Below, in pieces: positions 1 through 11,227 of a stretch of DNA of 64,000 nucleotides. The translations under genes and the position numbers were made by a program. The stretch is taken from NCBI RefSeq assembly GCF_020745735.1, contig NC_083402.1, positions 7,750,001-7,814,000 of the forward strand. Reading direction: 5' to 3'. Every line of letters begins with the position of its first letter. The first letter of the stretch is position 1. This stretch comes from Hemiscyllium ocellatum (lineage: Eukaryota). The notes beneath the pieces were generated by a model. It had not been told where the DNA came from. It did no database searches and was given only the letters and a program-made list of their open reading frames with translations.

Positions 1-1567
1 TATTCTACCTGCTAAAAACTGCTCATGTCCCCTCTTTGCTCTTCTTAATTCTCTTTGAATCCTTCCTAGCTAATCTCACCATCGCTTCATCTGAACCATC
101 TTGTCTCATCAACATATAAACTTCCTTTTTACACTTAACAAGAGATGCAATTTCCGCAGTAAACCACGGTTCCCTTACCTTACAACTTCCTCCCTGCCTG
201 ACAGGGACATACCTATCAAGGACACGCAATATCTGATCCTTAAACCAGTTCCATATTTCCATTGTCCCCATCCCCTGCATTTTGATAACCCATTCTCTGC
301 ATCCTAATTCTTGACTAATCGTGTTCTTATTGCCCTTGCCCCTTGACTTGTGGCATGTACCTATCCCTTTCCATCGTTAAACTAAGCATAACTGAATTAT
401 GGTCACTCTCTCCAAAGTGCTCACTTACAACTAAATCAAACACCTGGCCTGGTTCATTACCAAGCACCAGATCCAGTGTGGCCTCCCCTCTTGTCGGCCC
501 CTCGACATACTGTGTCAGGAAACCCTGCTGTACACATTGGACAAAAGCTGATCCAACCGAAGTACTAGAGTTATAGCATTTCCAGTCAATGTTGGGGAAA
601 TTAAAGTCCCCATAATGATCATCCTGTTCCTTTCACTCCTACTCAGAATCATTTTGCCAATCCTCTCCTCCACCTCCCTGGATCTCTGCAGAGGCCTATA
701 AAAAAAACTCCCAGCAGTGTGACCTCTCCTCTCCTGTTTCTAACCTCAGCCCAAACTACCTCAGGAGTAGTATGGTGTCAAAAGTTCTTTCAGCTACCAT
801 TATACTTTCCTTGATGAACAAGGCTACACCTCCCCCTCTTTTACCGCCTTGCCTGTTCTTAATGAATGATCTGAATCCTGAAAACCTGCAATATCCATTC
901 CTCACCCTGGTCTATCCATGTATCCAAAAGGGCCACAACATCGAAATCCCAGGTACTCATCAATGCTGCAAGCTCACCTACTGTATTCCGCATACTCCTG
1001 GCATTGAAGTAGACACACTTCAAACCAGCTTGATGTCTGCCAGCACACTCCTGTGACCATGAAATCCTGTCCCTGTCCTCCCTACTCTCATCCTCCTGTC
1101 TACTGGAACTACACCTCAGGTTCCCATCCCTCTGTTTAAACCCACCCGATTAGCACCAGCAAATTTTCCACCTGGGATATTAGTACCCCTCTGGTTCAAG
1201 TGAAGACCATCCTGTTTGTGCAAGTCGCACCTTCCCCAGAATGAGCCCCAATTGTCCAAGTACCTGAAACCCTCCCTCCTACACCATCTATGTTCAACTG
1301 ATATCTCTCTGTATTCCTTGCCTCGCTATCATGTGGCACGGGAAACAAACCAGAGATAACAACTCTGTTTGTTCTAGCTCTCAGCTTCCACCCTAGCTCC
1401 CTGAAATCCTGCCTTACATCCCTATCTCTCTTTCTACCTATGTTGTCGGTACCTACATGGACCACGACTTGCGGCTGGTCACCCTCTCCCTTCAGGACCC
1501 CAAAGATACGATCCAAGACATCATGGACCCTGGCATCTGGGAGGAACACACCAACTGTGAGTCTCAT
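1..1567 (-). mobile_element. Degraded CR1 LINE fragment (ORF1 SGNH-esterase part, APE endonuclease and linker)
   Basis: Minus ORF 1196-1600 reads VVVHVGTDNIGRK...RVVISGLFPVP (CR1 ORF1 esterase). Lower coordinates give fragments parallel to the APE/linker of the intact ORF at 43931. Confidence 0.85.
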
Positions 1568-1574
1568 CAATTTC

Positions 1575-2250
1575 CAACAAAAAAACCTTTCCCCTGTCAC
1601 TTTGAACTCATGACCCCTCGTAACTGAGACCCCACTCCGGGAAAAAGCTTCTTGCTATCCACCCTGTCTTACCTCTCATGATTTTGTAGACCTCAATCAG
1701 GTGCCCCTCAACCTCTGTCTTCCTAATGAAAATAATCCTAATCTGCTCAACCTCTTTTCATAGCCAGCATCCCATTATACCAGACAATATCCTGGTGAAC
1801 CTCATTTGCACCCTCTCCAAAGCATCCACATCCTTTTGGTTACGTGGTGACCAGATGGGTACATAAGATTTCAAACATGGCGGAACCAAAATCTTATACA
1901 ACCATAACATGACCTACCAACTCCTGTACTCAATACCCCGCCTGATAAAGGAAACCATGCTGTATACCTTCTCGAGCACTCTATCGAACTGCATTGTAAC
2001 CTTCAGGGATCAATGGATCTGAACACCCAGATCTCTCTGTGCATTAATTTTCAGCAGGGCTTGTCCATTTACCATAATGTTTGCTCTTGAATTGGATCTT
2101 CCAAAATGCATCACCTCACATTTGCGTCGATTAAACTCCACCTGCCATTTCTCTGCTCAACTCTCAAATTTATTTATATTCTGCTGAATTCTCTGACAGT
2201 CCCTTTCACTATTTGCTACTCCACCAATCTTAGTGTTATCTGCAATGAAT
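1575..2250 (-). mobile_element. CR1 LINE RT/3' fragment, degraded
   Basis: Reverse complement matches the CR1 RT C-terminal region seen elsewhere in the window. Confidence 0.7.
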
Positions 2251-2450
2251 TGCCAGCGGAAGTAGTTGAGCTGGATACATTATCAACATTTAAAAGGCAT
2301 TTGGGTAAATACGTGTCCAGGAAAGGGTTAGAAGGATATGGGCCAAGTGAGGGGAAATGGGGTGAGTGTGGACAGACATTTTGGTGGGCATGGACCATTT
2401 TGGGGCAAAGGTCCTGTCCCCGTGCTTTAGGACTCCATGAATCTATAGCT
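2245..2450 (+). mobile_element. CR1 3' end fragment
   Basis: aatgaattgccagcggaagtagttgag...acatttaaaaggcatttgg (ELPAEVVE...TFKRHL) plus 3' UTR-like sequence. Confidence 0.75.
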
Positions 2451-3029
2451 CTATCTGCAGAAGCGGTCTGTATTGACCAGTGACTCTGGAATTCAAGCAA
2501 GACGTACACCAATGTTCCTGTAAGAGAACTCATCATCCAAGGATTTCATGAAGGCCTGACGTTTATCAGTAAAATGGTCATCAAACTGGAAAATCACAAT
2601 TCTTTTATTTTTCTCATTTATCTTAACTCCGCATGTGTGTGTATGTGCGCACACATATTTGTGACAGATGTCTGATTGGATGTTTATAATCAATGAAGAT
2701 TGGGCTTAGGTGGTAGATATTAATTAGATTACCTTATAGTTTGGGTATTGGTTTGCTCAGATAACAAATCTACATCCAGAACCTCAACCTGAACTACAAA
2801 TTGACTCAAAACATGCTATTGCCTTTTAGTTTATCTGTGCTCAGTTTTGTTCTTCAGAATGAATTGTTAATTTTCATTAAAATTGTAGACTTGGTGTCCA
2901 AGATGTGTTCTTTGTTATGTCTCAGTCAGAATCATTCAGGAATTTTGAGGATCATTGACTGTTTTCTTTTCATTGTGTTGTGTATCCAGTGATAGTGAGG
3001 TGGGTTTGGTTTGGCTTGTTATCCCTGTT

Positions 3030-3810
3030 TCATAACATTCCAGAAAGGGATCTGATTGGTTTCTTTAGATTATTATCTGAGCAATGAAGATTAAAACTCC
3101 TTTCCTCAGTCACTGGCTCTAGATGGATTCTTGAACAATAACCATTTCTGATTTTCTGAATCGTCAGGCCCGTTCCTTGCTGTTTCGAACTGTTTATGGC
3201 CGGTCTGTATGGATCAAGGAAAAGAGTCCAGTCACACATCCCAAATGACTCCCATAGCTGGGCTGTTGAGGGGACCCTGAAGATCAGGTTTATGCTCTGG
3301 GGAAATGGGGTTCAATCCTCACCATGGCAAGATGTGGAATTTAATTAATAAATCTGGGATTGAAGCCTTGTTCTTCCTGATGGTGGCCATCTGAATTATC
3401 ATCATTTCTTGCTCAAAAAAAAACCCTGTTTCACTAATGTCCTTCAGGGAAACAAATCCACCATCTTTCCCTCATCTGCCCTCCAGGTGACTTCAGATCC
3501 CACTTCAAACTTCAGTGTGACCTTTGAGGACAGATTGAATGCAATGTGTCTGACTCTGTCCTTGTCTCTGAAATGGCCAAGCAAGCCTCTCAGTTCAAGG
3601 ACAGTTAGGGATGGGGAACAAATACTGGCCTTGCCAGCGAGACCCACATGCCTTGATTGAATTTTAAAAATCTACCTTATCTGTTCTCACTCTCTGCTCA
3701 GTCCCTGCACCCTCTAACACCTGGCCCTGCTTCACTTCACTCTCTCTACCCTTATTTCCCTTTGACCCTCCCCTCGTAACCAATATCCCACCTGCTCCAA
3801 TCTCATCTCT
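3030..3810 (+). repeat. ~750-bp locally duplicated block, copy 1 (tRNA-head SINE-like core plus shared flanks)
   Basis: Alignable by eye to 8000-8785 (same strand) and 34630-35385 (opposite strand), including sequence on both sides of the SINE. Confidence 0.7.
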
Positions 3811-4869
3811 GCAAGTGTAGGAGGTCTGCTTTGTTGACGTTACCTTTGCCAAGTGTGTGCTTATGTGATGCTGCTGTATTGGAGCAGTTGATGAGCAGTT
3901 GTTAAATAATATATTATTTTGTTAAGTATTTTATGAAAGGTAAAGTAATGCCAATTCTTTTTCTCATTTGTATTTAAATTGTGGTGTCAGAATAAATTGA
4001 GTTTTGTTTAAAGGTGAATAGTTTGACCAATGGAATCACATCTCGAGTGCAATGCCTTGAACTTGCATTTAAACAAGAAAAAAGTTAGGATCAAAGCTAT
4101 CTCCTTGATATGTTTTGAGGTGGTTTGATCTGGTCCATTACACTACACTTTGGATCTTCATATTTCCTGCAAGTACTGAAATTCTGTCCTGTCCACTTGA
4201 GTCCAGGTCATACACACAGCTCAAAAAGAGCCTTGTTTCAGCACACGTCCCTCCAGTCTGAAATACAAACACTCGCCGCAGGGAATCGAAAAATGACAAA
4301 GAGCGGTGGATGCTGGAAATCAGAAACAAAAACAGAAATTGCTGGTGAAACCCAGCCCAGCACCTTCTGCAGGTGGGGGACACAGAGTCAGCACATGCTC
4401 CAGGATGGTCTAATCTGGTTAGTGAATACTTTGGAACACACACAGTCACACCAACATCTGACATCTTTTCTCTCAGACAAAAAGGAAAGCATTTGCTTCC
4501 ACAGGGGAAGGACATCGATATTCGTATCCTGGTAAAAGGAGTGACAGCCACATGTCTGTTCGGAGTTTCCTGTTTGTGAATGGTTCCCATTTCATATCCT
4601 CCCAACCCCTCAGTCACAGCAGCACTGTACCTGCGAGACCCTGATGGGATGAATAGCCCACTTCAGTTCCTGTGTCGTATGGTCTTCTTCCTGAACAACT
4701 CACTCAGCTCCATCACAACTGGCCTTCAAGAGCCACGCTGAGATGAAATAAAATAAAACTCAAAGTATCTGTTGTCGGCTTCACCATATAAAAACCCTCT
4801 CATTCACACAAATCACTCATTAAATCTACATCACATCAAGCACTGAAGACTTTATTCAACATTTTGTAT

Positions 4870-5420
4870 ATGTCTGTCTGGAGGCACCGGAGAGTTCACA
4901 CGGGGAGAGACCTTATAAATATTCAGGATGGAGGCAATGCTGTAAACCTCCTGGAGAACTGATGTCCCATTAATGTGTGTTCACTGATGGGGATGATTCA
5001 GGAGACCATTCAAGTGTTCTCACTGTGGAACTGGGTTCAGGCGATCATCCCAGCTGACTGTACATCAGTGAGTTCACACTGGGGAGAGGCCGTTCACCCA
5101 CACAGAGTATGGCAAGGGATACACTCAATCATCCCAGCTGCTGAGACACCAGCACATTCACTACATTAAGAAGCTTTTAAAAGTTCAGACTGTGGGAAAA
5201 GCAATAAATGTATTCACCATCGGATGATCCATCACCACGTTCGCACTGGGGAGAGACTGCTCTGGTGGTCTCACTGTGGGACAGGGTTCAGGCAATCATC
5301 TCACCTCACTGCACACCAACATGTTCATAATGGGGAGAGACCATTCACTTGCTCAGAGTGTTGGAGTGGATTCACTCACTATTGACGCACCAGTGGGTTC
5401 ACTCTGATGAAAGACCCACC
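4870..5420 (+). pseudogene. C2H2 zinc-finger array remnant
   Basis: Translates as [30 protein letters not shown]...SSQLLRHQHIH with several HTGERP linkers, an in-frame stop and lost Cys/His residues. Confidence 0.9.
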
Positions 5421-5737
5421 TCACAGCCACCAAATTAAAAGACATTTTGGACCGGTACATGGTTCGGAGAGGGTGAGAGAGATATGGGTCAAACACAGGA
5501 AAATGGGACTGGTTCAGTTGGGGAAAACTTACTGGAATGGACATGTTAGGCTCAAGCTGAAAAATGTGTTGCTGGAAAAGCGCAGCAACACATTATTTAG
5601 CTCTGATCTCCAGCATCTGCAGTCCTCACTTTCTCCATGTTAGGCTAAAGGGTCTGTTTCTGTGCTGTATGACTCTGTGACCCTAAGTACCAGTTAATTT
5701 TGTCCCAGAACATTGCATTTAATGTTCCTCTTTTCTA

Positions 5738-5989
5738 TAATTACCCTCAGAGTGAAAGGGGTTGATGATGGGGTAAATGCTCCCCTCAGAGTAATTACCC
5801 TCACACTGAAGGGAAGGACGTTGGGGTAAATACTCCCCTCACAGTAATCACCACCACACTGCAGGGAAGGATGTTGGAGCAAATGCTCTCCTCCCAGTAA
5901 TTACTCTCACACCGAAGGGAAGGATGTTGGGGTAAATGCTCCTCTCATAGTAATTACCCTCATACTGAAGGGAAGGATGTTGGGGTAAC
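5738..5989. repeat. 53-bp minisatellite, ~4.7 copies
   Basis: The taatt(a/c)cc anchor recurs at 5738, 5792, 5845, 5898 and 5951. Unit approximately ttaccctcacactgaagggaaggatgttggggtaaatgctcccctcacagtaa. Confidence 0.9.
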
Positions 5990-6013
5990 TGTATTTCTCC
6001 TCACACTGAACAG

Positions 6014-7170
6014 GCTGGAAAGGGAAGGCACAGGAGCAGAAAATGGTAAGTGACGATAATTGTTCTTCAGCATATTTTATATACTATTCCATTTTGTGAT
6101 GAATCTAAATGTTTAAAAGTAATCCTCCTCAATAACAACAATTCTCCTTCAGTTCAAACAGCAAGACTCTCTGAGTTGCTTATTCAGACGTGAGTGAATC
6201 AGTCTTTCATTTCAACACCAGTTCTAATTTCCTCTCCCTTTTTCTCTGACACTCCACCTGCTCCCAGGCTCCAGGATCCCACTCTCCCATGTATTGGATA
6301 GAACCAGTTGGGGCTGTGTGATATAGTTCCTTGTTCCTGGCATCTCTAATGCTGTTCAGTCAGATCACTGGGGGTTGATCCCATGACTTCCAAGCCCCAC
6401 CTCCTCATCCCAGTGCTCTAGCATTGGTCTGCCAACCTGCCCATCTTCATTGGGGTGTTGGTTTTCTGCACCAATCAGAAGGCAAACAGATTCTCCCCTA
6501 TCCTATTAGATGGTACTTGACCGTCGGTCAACAGTTTGTCTCTCCCAGTATGTTTATCCCGGTCAGGAAGAGAATGAGGGAAAAGAGGATGTGAGGGCAT
6601 CATGGCAAATTGGCTGGATGGTTAATCCAGAGAACCAGGTAATGTTCTGGGGAACTAGAATTGAATCATTCCACAGGGAATGGTGGAATTTATATACAAA
6701 ACAATCTGGAATTAAGAGTCTAATAGTGACTACAAACTCATTACCACTTGTCAGGAAATACCCGTCTGGGTCAGTAATGTCCTTATGGACAGTAAATGCC
6801 ATCCTTACAGGGACCGGCCTCCATGTGATTCCTGATGAGTTCCTGATGAAAGGCTTTTGCCTGCTTTTCAGATGCTGCCTGACCTGCTGTGCTTTTCCAG
6901 CACCACTCTCATCTTGACTCTAATCTCCAACATCTGCAGTACCCACTTCTGCCAACATGTAACTCCAGACCCACCGCGGTATGGTTAGGTTTTGGTTGCT
7001 CTCTGGGCAACTATGGATGGGCAATAAGTGCTGGCCTGGCCCGTGATACACCCATCCTATCAATTAATAAAATAAATGTACAATTGTTGAGGTAAATGTT
7101 CCCCTTTCAGGTAATTCCCCTCAAACTGAAATTATAATTCTGAGCTGCTCTGATTTCTGTTTATTACAGA
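6014..7170 (+). pseudogene. Inverted, degraded paralog of the receptor cytoplasmic-tail module at 16381-17087
   Basis: 6161-6195 gcaagactctctgagttgcttattcagac|GTGAGT matches exon 16903-16938 (gcaagactctccgggttgctgattcaga...|GTGAGT) with CGG>TGA. Introns also align, e.g. caccaatcagaa(g/a)gcaaacag and gctctgatttctgt..AG. Confidence 0.8.
6600..7075 (+). mobile_element. tRNA-head SINE-like repeat interrupted by a PLE terminal fragment (~6832-6953)
   Basis: Same family as the cores at 3270-3660 and 8260-8660. The insert carries cctgatgaa...gatgctgcctgacctgctgtgcttttccagc. Confidence 0.65.
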
Positions 7171-7372
7171 CTTTCAAAACAAATTATTCCAGGTGCTGAC
7201 CTGGAGAAGGAAGAACAACGATCAGCATTCTGATCAGCACAAGGATCATCTCAGCAGGTCTTGTGAACAGAGGACCATTGAAACTGTTTCAAGTGGTTTC
7301 CCCCTCCCCAAAGACCAGAGCTTAGTTTGTGTGTGTGTGTCTGTGTGTGTGTCTGCATGTGGGTTCGTGCGT

Positions 7373-7655
7373 NNNNNNNNNNNNNNNNNNNNNNNNNNNN
7401 NNNNNNNNNNNNNNNNNNNNNNNNNNNNNNNNNNNNNNNNNNNNNNNNNNNNNNNNNNNNNNNNNNNNNNNNNNNNNNNNNNNNNNNNNNNNNNNNNNNN
7501 NNNNNNNNNNNNNNNNNNNNNNNNNNNNNNNNNNNNNNNNNNNNNNNNNNNNNNNNNNNNNNNNNNNNNNNNNNNNNNNNNNNNNNNNNNNNNNNNNNNN
7601 NNNNNNNNNNNNNNNNNNNNNNNNNNNNNNNNNNNNNNNNNNNNNNNNNNNNNNN
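7373..7655. other. Assembly gap (283 N) next to a (GT)n microsatellite
   Basis: Run of N directly after a gtgtgt tract. Confidence 1.
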
Positions 7656-7999
7656 CTACATGTTGTGTGACTCTATCACCATGCTAAATGCGACAGGTTT
7701 TAAACAGATCTAGCAACTCCTGCCTGCACATCCATGAGACACTGTGGGCCATCAGCAGCAGCAACATTGTACTCCAGCACACCTGTAACCTCATAGTCCG
7801 GCATCTCCCTCACTCAGCCATTACCATTTAGCCAGGGGATTACTTCAGGTTCACTGGAGAGTATAGGAGGGCATGTCACAAGCAGCAACAGCCACACCTA
7901 AAACTGAGGTGTTCGTCTGGAGAAGTGACCATACAGGTGTACTTGTGTACCAAACAGTACAAGCAGCAAGTGGTAGACGGACCTAAGCGATCCCACAAC

Positions 8000-8785
8000 C
8001 AATGGGTTTCCATGAAGGGAGCTGACCAGGCTCTTTAAATTATTATCTGAGCGATGGAGATGGAAATCTCCTCAGTCCCTGACCCTGGATGGATTCTTGG
8101 ACAATAACCATTTCCGATTCCCTGAATCATCTGGCTGAGTAATTGGCTCAGCCCGGTCCTTGCTGCCTCGAGCTGTTCACGGCCAGTCTGTCTGCTGCTT
8201 TGGTATGGGTCAAGGAAAACAGTCCAGTTGGGTGTCACACATCTCAAATGACTCCCAGTGGGGAACCTGAGGGTCGGGTTCATGCTCGGGGGAGAGGGGT
8301 TCAATTTTCACCATGGCAACTTGTAGAATTTACTTTTAATTATTAAATCTGGAAGCATAAACTCATCTCTGTGATGGTGACCATCTGAATTAACATCGAT
8401 TGTTGTTTAAAGATAGAACCTGTTTCATTAATGTCCTTCAGGGAAGCAAATCTACCACCTTTACCCTATCGGCACAACAGGTGACTTCAAATCCTCATTT
8501 CAAACCTCAGTGTGTCCTTTTTGGAGCGATTGAATGCAATGTGTCTGACTCTGACCTGCTGCCCTCTGAAATGGCCAAGCAAGCCTCTCACTTCAAGGGT
8601 GTTCAGGGATGGGCAACAAACGCTGGCCTTGCCTGTGAGACCCACGTGCCTCGCAAGGATATGAAAACTACTGAATCTGTTCTCACCATCTTCTCATTCC
8701 CTGCACCCTCTAATATTTGCTCCTGCCTCACCTCAACTCTCTCCTACCTTCCAATATCCTCCCTGCTCCAATCACATTTCTCATG
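8000..8785 (+). repeat. ~750-bp locally duplicated block, copy 2
   Basis: ORF 8035-8304(-) is nearly the same peptide as 35065-35382(+), and 8400-8786(+) nearly the same as 34593-34898(-). Confidence 0.8.
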
Positions 8786-9739
8786 AATGTTTTGGATAGT
8801 CTGTGTGGTCCTACCCCGAATGAAACACATGACCAGAAGAAATTGGGGCAGGGGTAAACCATTCAGCCCCTCAAGCCTGCTCCAACATTCAGGAAGATCT
8901 TGGCTGATTTGTTTGTGCTTCGTATCCCACATCATGTCGTGTCTGAACTTCGGTGAGGTGGGAGTGGGGAGTATTGCGCCACATTCTGGATTTGGAGATG
9001 GAGATTCCACATTCACTGCCTAACCTCGGGAATTTCAGCTTGGTCAAAGCATCAGTTCAGTGGTCCCACAGTGGGAAGGAGTCTGTGCATTGCTCTGACT
9101 GAACAAGCCTGACGGTGCTGCCAATTCCACCACAGAGCAAGGCCTGACTGGACCTGAATCCTTCACTCTGATTTCTCTCCACAGATGCTGCCAGAGCTTT
9201 TCCAACTATTTGTTTTTGTTTCGGATTTCCAGGGTTTGTAGTTCCTTCAGCTTTTACCCCGGGGATGTTGTTGGTTTACACTTGGGTGAGATACAGCTGA
9301 CACTCTGCAGGAAATGGTCAGTGTGTCCAGGCACCACCGCCTGACCAACTCTGCCCCCTTCCTCACAGCAGCCAGGCTGGCGAAGTGATTGTGGGGTGGC
9401 ATTTCTCATGATTGTGCACGGATGAGTAAGAGACAAAAAACCTGAAGAGAACATCTGTCGTTTGAGTAATCCAGAAACCACATCCTGTGGATGCTGGAAA
9501 TCAAAAAATAAAATCAGACAAAGCTGGAGAAACTCAGCAGCTCTAACAGCATCTGTGGAGAGAGACACGGAGTTAGCTTTGCAGGATTCGACTCAGATGA
9601 TGAGCCTTGAGAAGGGTATCACTCTCTGGGTGTGTCCCCGTGTCGTTTCACTGTCCCTGCAGCTCCCTGACTGTTATTTGACGGGTTTCTGTGACTGACC
9701 CACCTTGTCTCGATCGCAGGTTATTGAAGAAGATGGAGC

Positions 9740-10793
9740 TCTGGTGAGGTGGGAGTGCAAAGTGATTAAAACTGAGACCTTTGCTGAGTACAGAACATTC
9801 AGCATCGGAGAAGGGATAGTAAATGTCCAACAAGAGGTGGAGGTAGGACAATGGGGAGAGACAAGTGGGACAGTGGGTGGAGGAAGGTTCCAGAGGGGTG
9901 GGGGTAACTCTGAATTGTTGCAGCTTGTGTTATTGCCTGAAAGGAAGAGAAAAAGTTTCATGTTATCTGTTGAACGAGCCAGAGAATGATGTCGAACCTG
10001 GGGCTGTGGACAGCTTTGAGACAGTGTGAACGGATGCTGATGGAGAGAGAGGTCAAGAGTGTGTATACGATGGCACATAGCACTGTGTGGGTCTCAGGGT
10101 GTGGTGAGAGCAGCTGCCTGAGGAGTGATGGACATCATGGAGAGAGCTGTGATCCTGGGTGGATTCAAAACACAAAGGATGAAACTCATTCACTATTTGT
10201 GTCAACAAATGACTCCATCCCCTCCCACCAATCCCTCTCATCCCTGTAGCCTCGGTGCTAACACATGCTGTCTGACTACCAGCCTTTGGCCTTATCGAGA
10301 GTAGTGGGGACAAGGGAGGAGAGCAGAACTGAGCCAGAACCAGATCAGTTATGGTCTTAATGAATTGTGGATAAAACTCGATGGGCCATAGGGCTTGCCC
10401 CTGCTGTGAAGTACGATGTACATATCTTCTTGAAATTGAAGCAGATGAGGTTCAAAGTTACTGGCTGTGTGGTTTGGGAATTGGCTTTGGGCCAGGAAGC
10501 AGAGCGCTGTGGTCTGTGGTTTTATTTCAGACGGGAGGGAAGTGTGCAGCACTGGTGATATAATTCTCTTCTTGATCTTTGTGAATGATCTGCACTCAGG
10601 GATACAGGACAAACTCCAATGTTTGCAGATGAAACAAAATTCAAAAACCCAGTGAAGAGTGAGGAAAGTGCTGACAGGCTCTGGGGCATATAGGCTGGTG
10701 AAATGGCCAGCCAAATGAAAGTTAACACTGGGAAGAGTGAAGTGACACATCATGATAGGAAGAACAAAGAGGGGTGCGATAAATGGTGTAAAT
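9740..10793. repeat. Inverted segmental duplicate of 25168-26166 (composite PLE + CR1 fragments)
   Basis: Near-identical ORF translations on opposite strands (10522-10728- vs 25232-25438+; 10381-10563+ vs 25397-25609-). Confidence 0.9.
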
Positions 10794-11094
10794 AACAAAC
10801 TTAGCATGGCGTTGCAAAAGATGGACAATGATTAAAGCATGCTGGGAAATCAAACCCAGCCTTGACTAAAGTGACTGTGCTAATCCACACGCTGCAGGAT
10901 CCAGACAGGCTACAGCTGCTCACAGACGGTTTACAAACAAACCTGACAGCTACAGACCCTGCAATACACACCTGAAGCTGGACTTGAATGGGACAATGGA
11001 ATGTCACCCTCGGGACAATTGGGAGCAGGGAGTAATTCAATCGACATGGAGGTGCCCAGTACCCTTATTTGGAGGAGGCTACTGGCTGAGATAT

Positions 11095-11226
11095 TCCTGA
11101 TGAAGGGCTTTTGCCCAAATTGTCGATTTTCCTACTCCTCAGATGCTGCCTGACCTGCTGTGCTTTTCCAGCACCACTCTGATCTAAACTCTAGTTTCCA
11201 GCATCTGCAGGCCTCACTTTTGCCTC
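11095..11226 (+). mobile_element. PLE terminal repeat fragment with degenerate hammerhead-like core
   Basis: cctgatgaagggcttttgcccaaattgtcg...gatgctgcctgacctgctgtgcttttccagc; the GAAA motif is mutated. Confidence 0.75.
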
Positions 11227-11227
11227 A

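Noticed and set aside
5738-5989. Regularly spaced repeats as a CRISPR array
   Set aside because: Units are contiguous with no unique spacers, there are no cas genes, and the DNA is vertebrate.
7193-7713. ORFs listed across 7193-7713
   Set aside because: Artefacts of the N gap.
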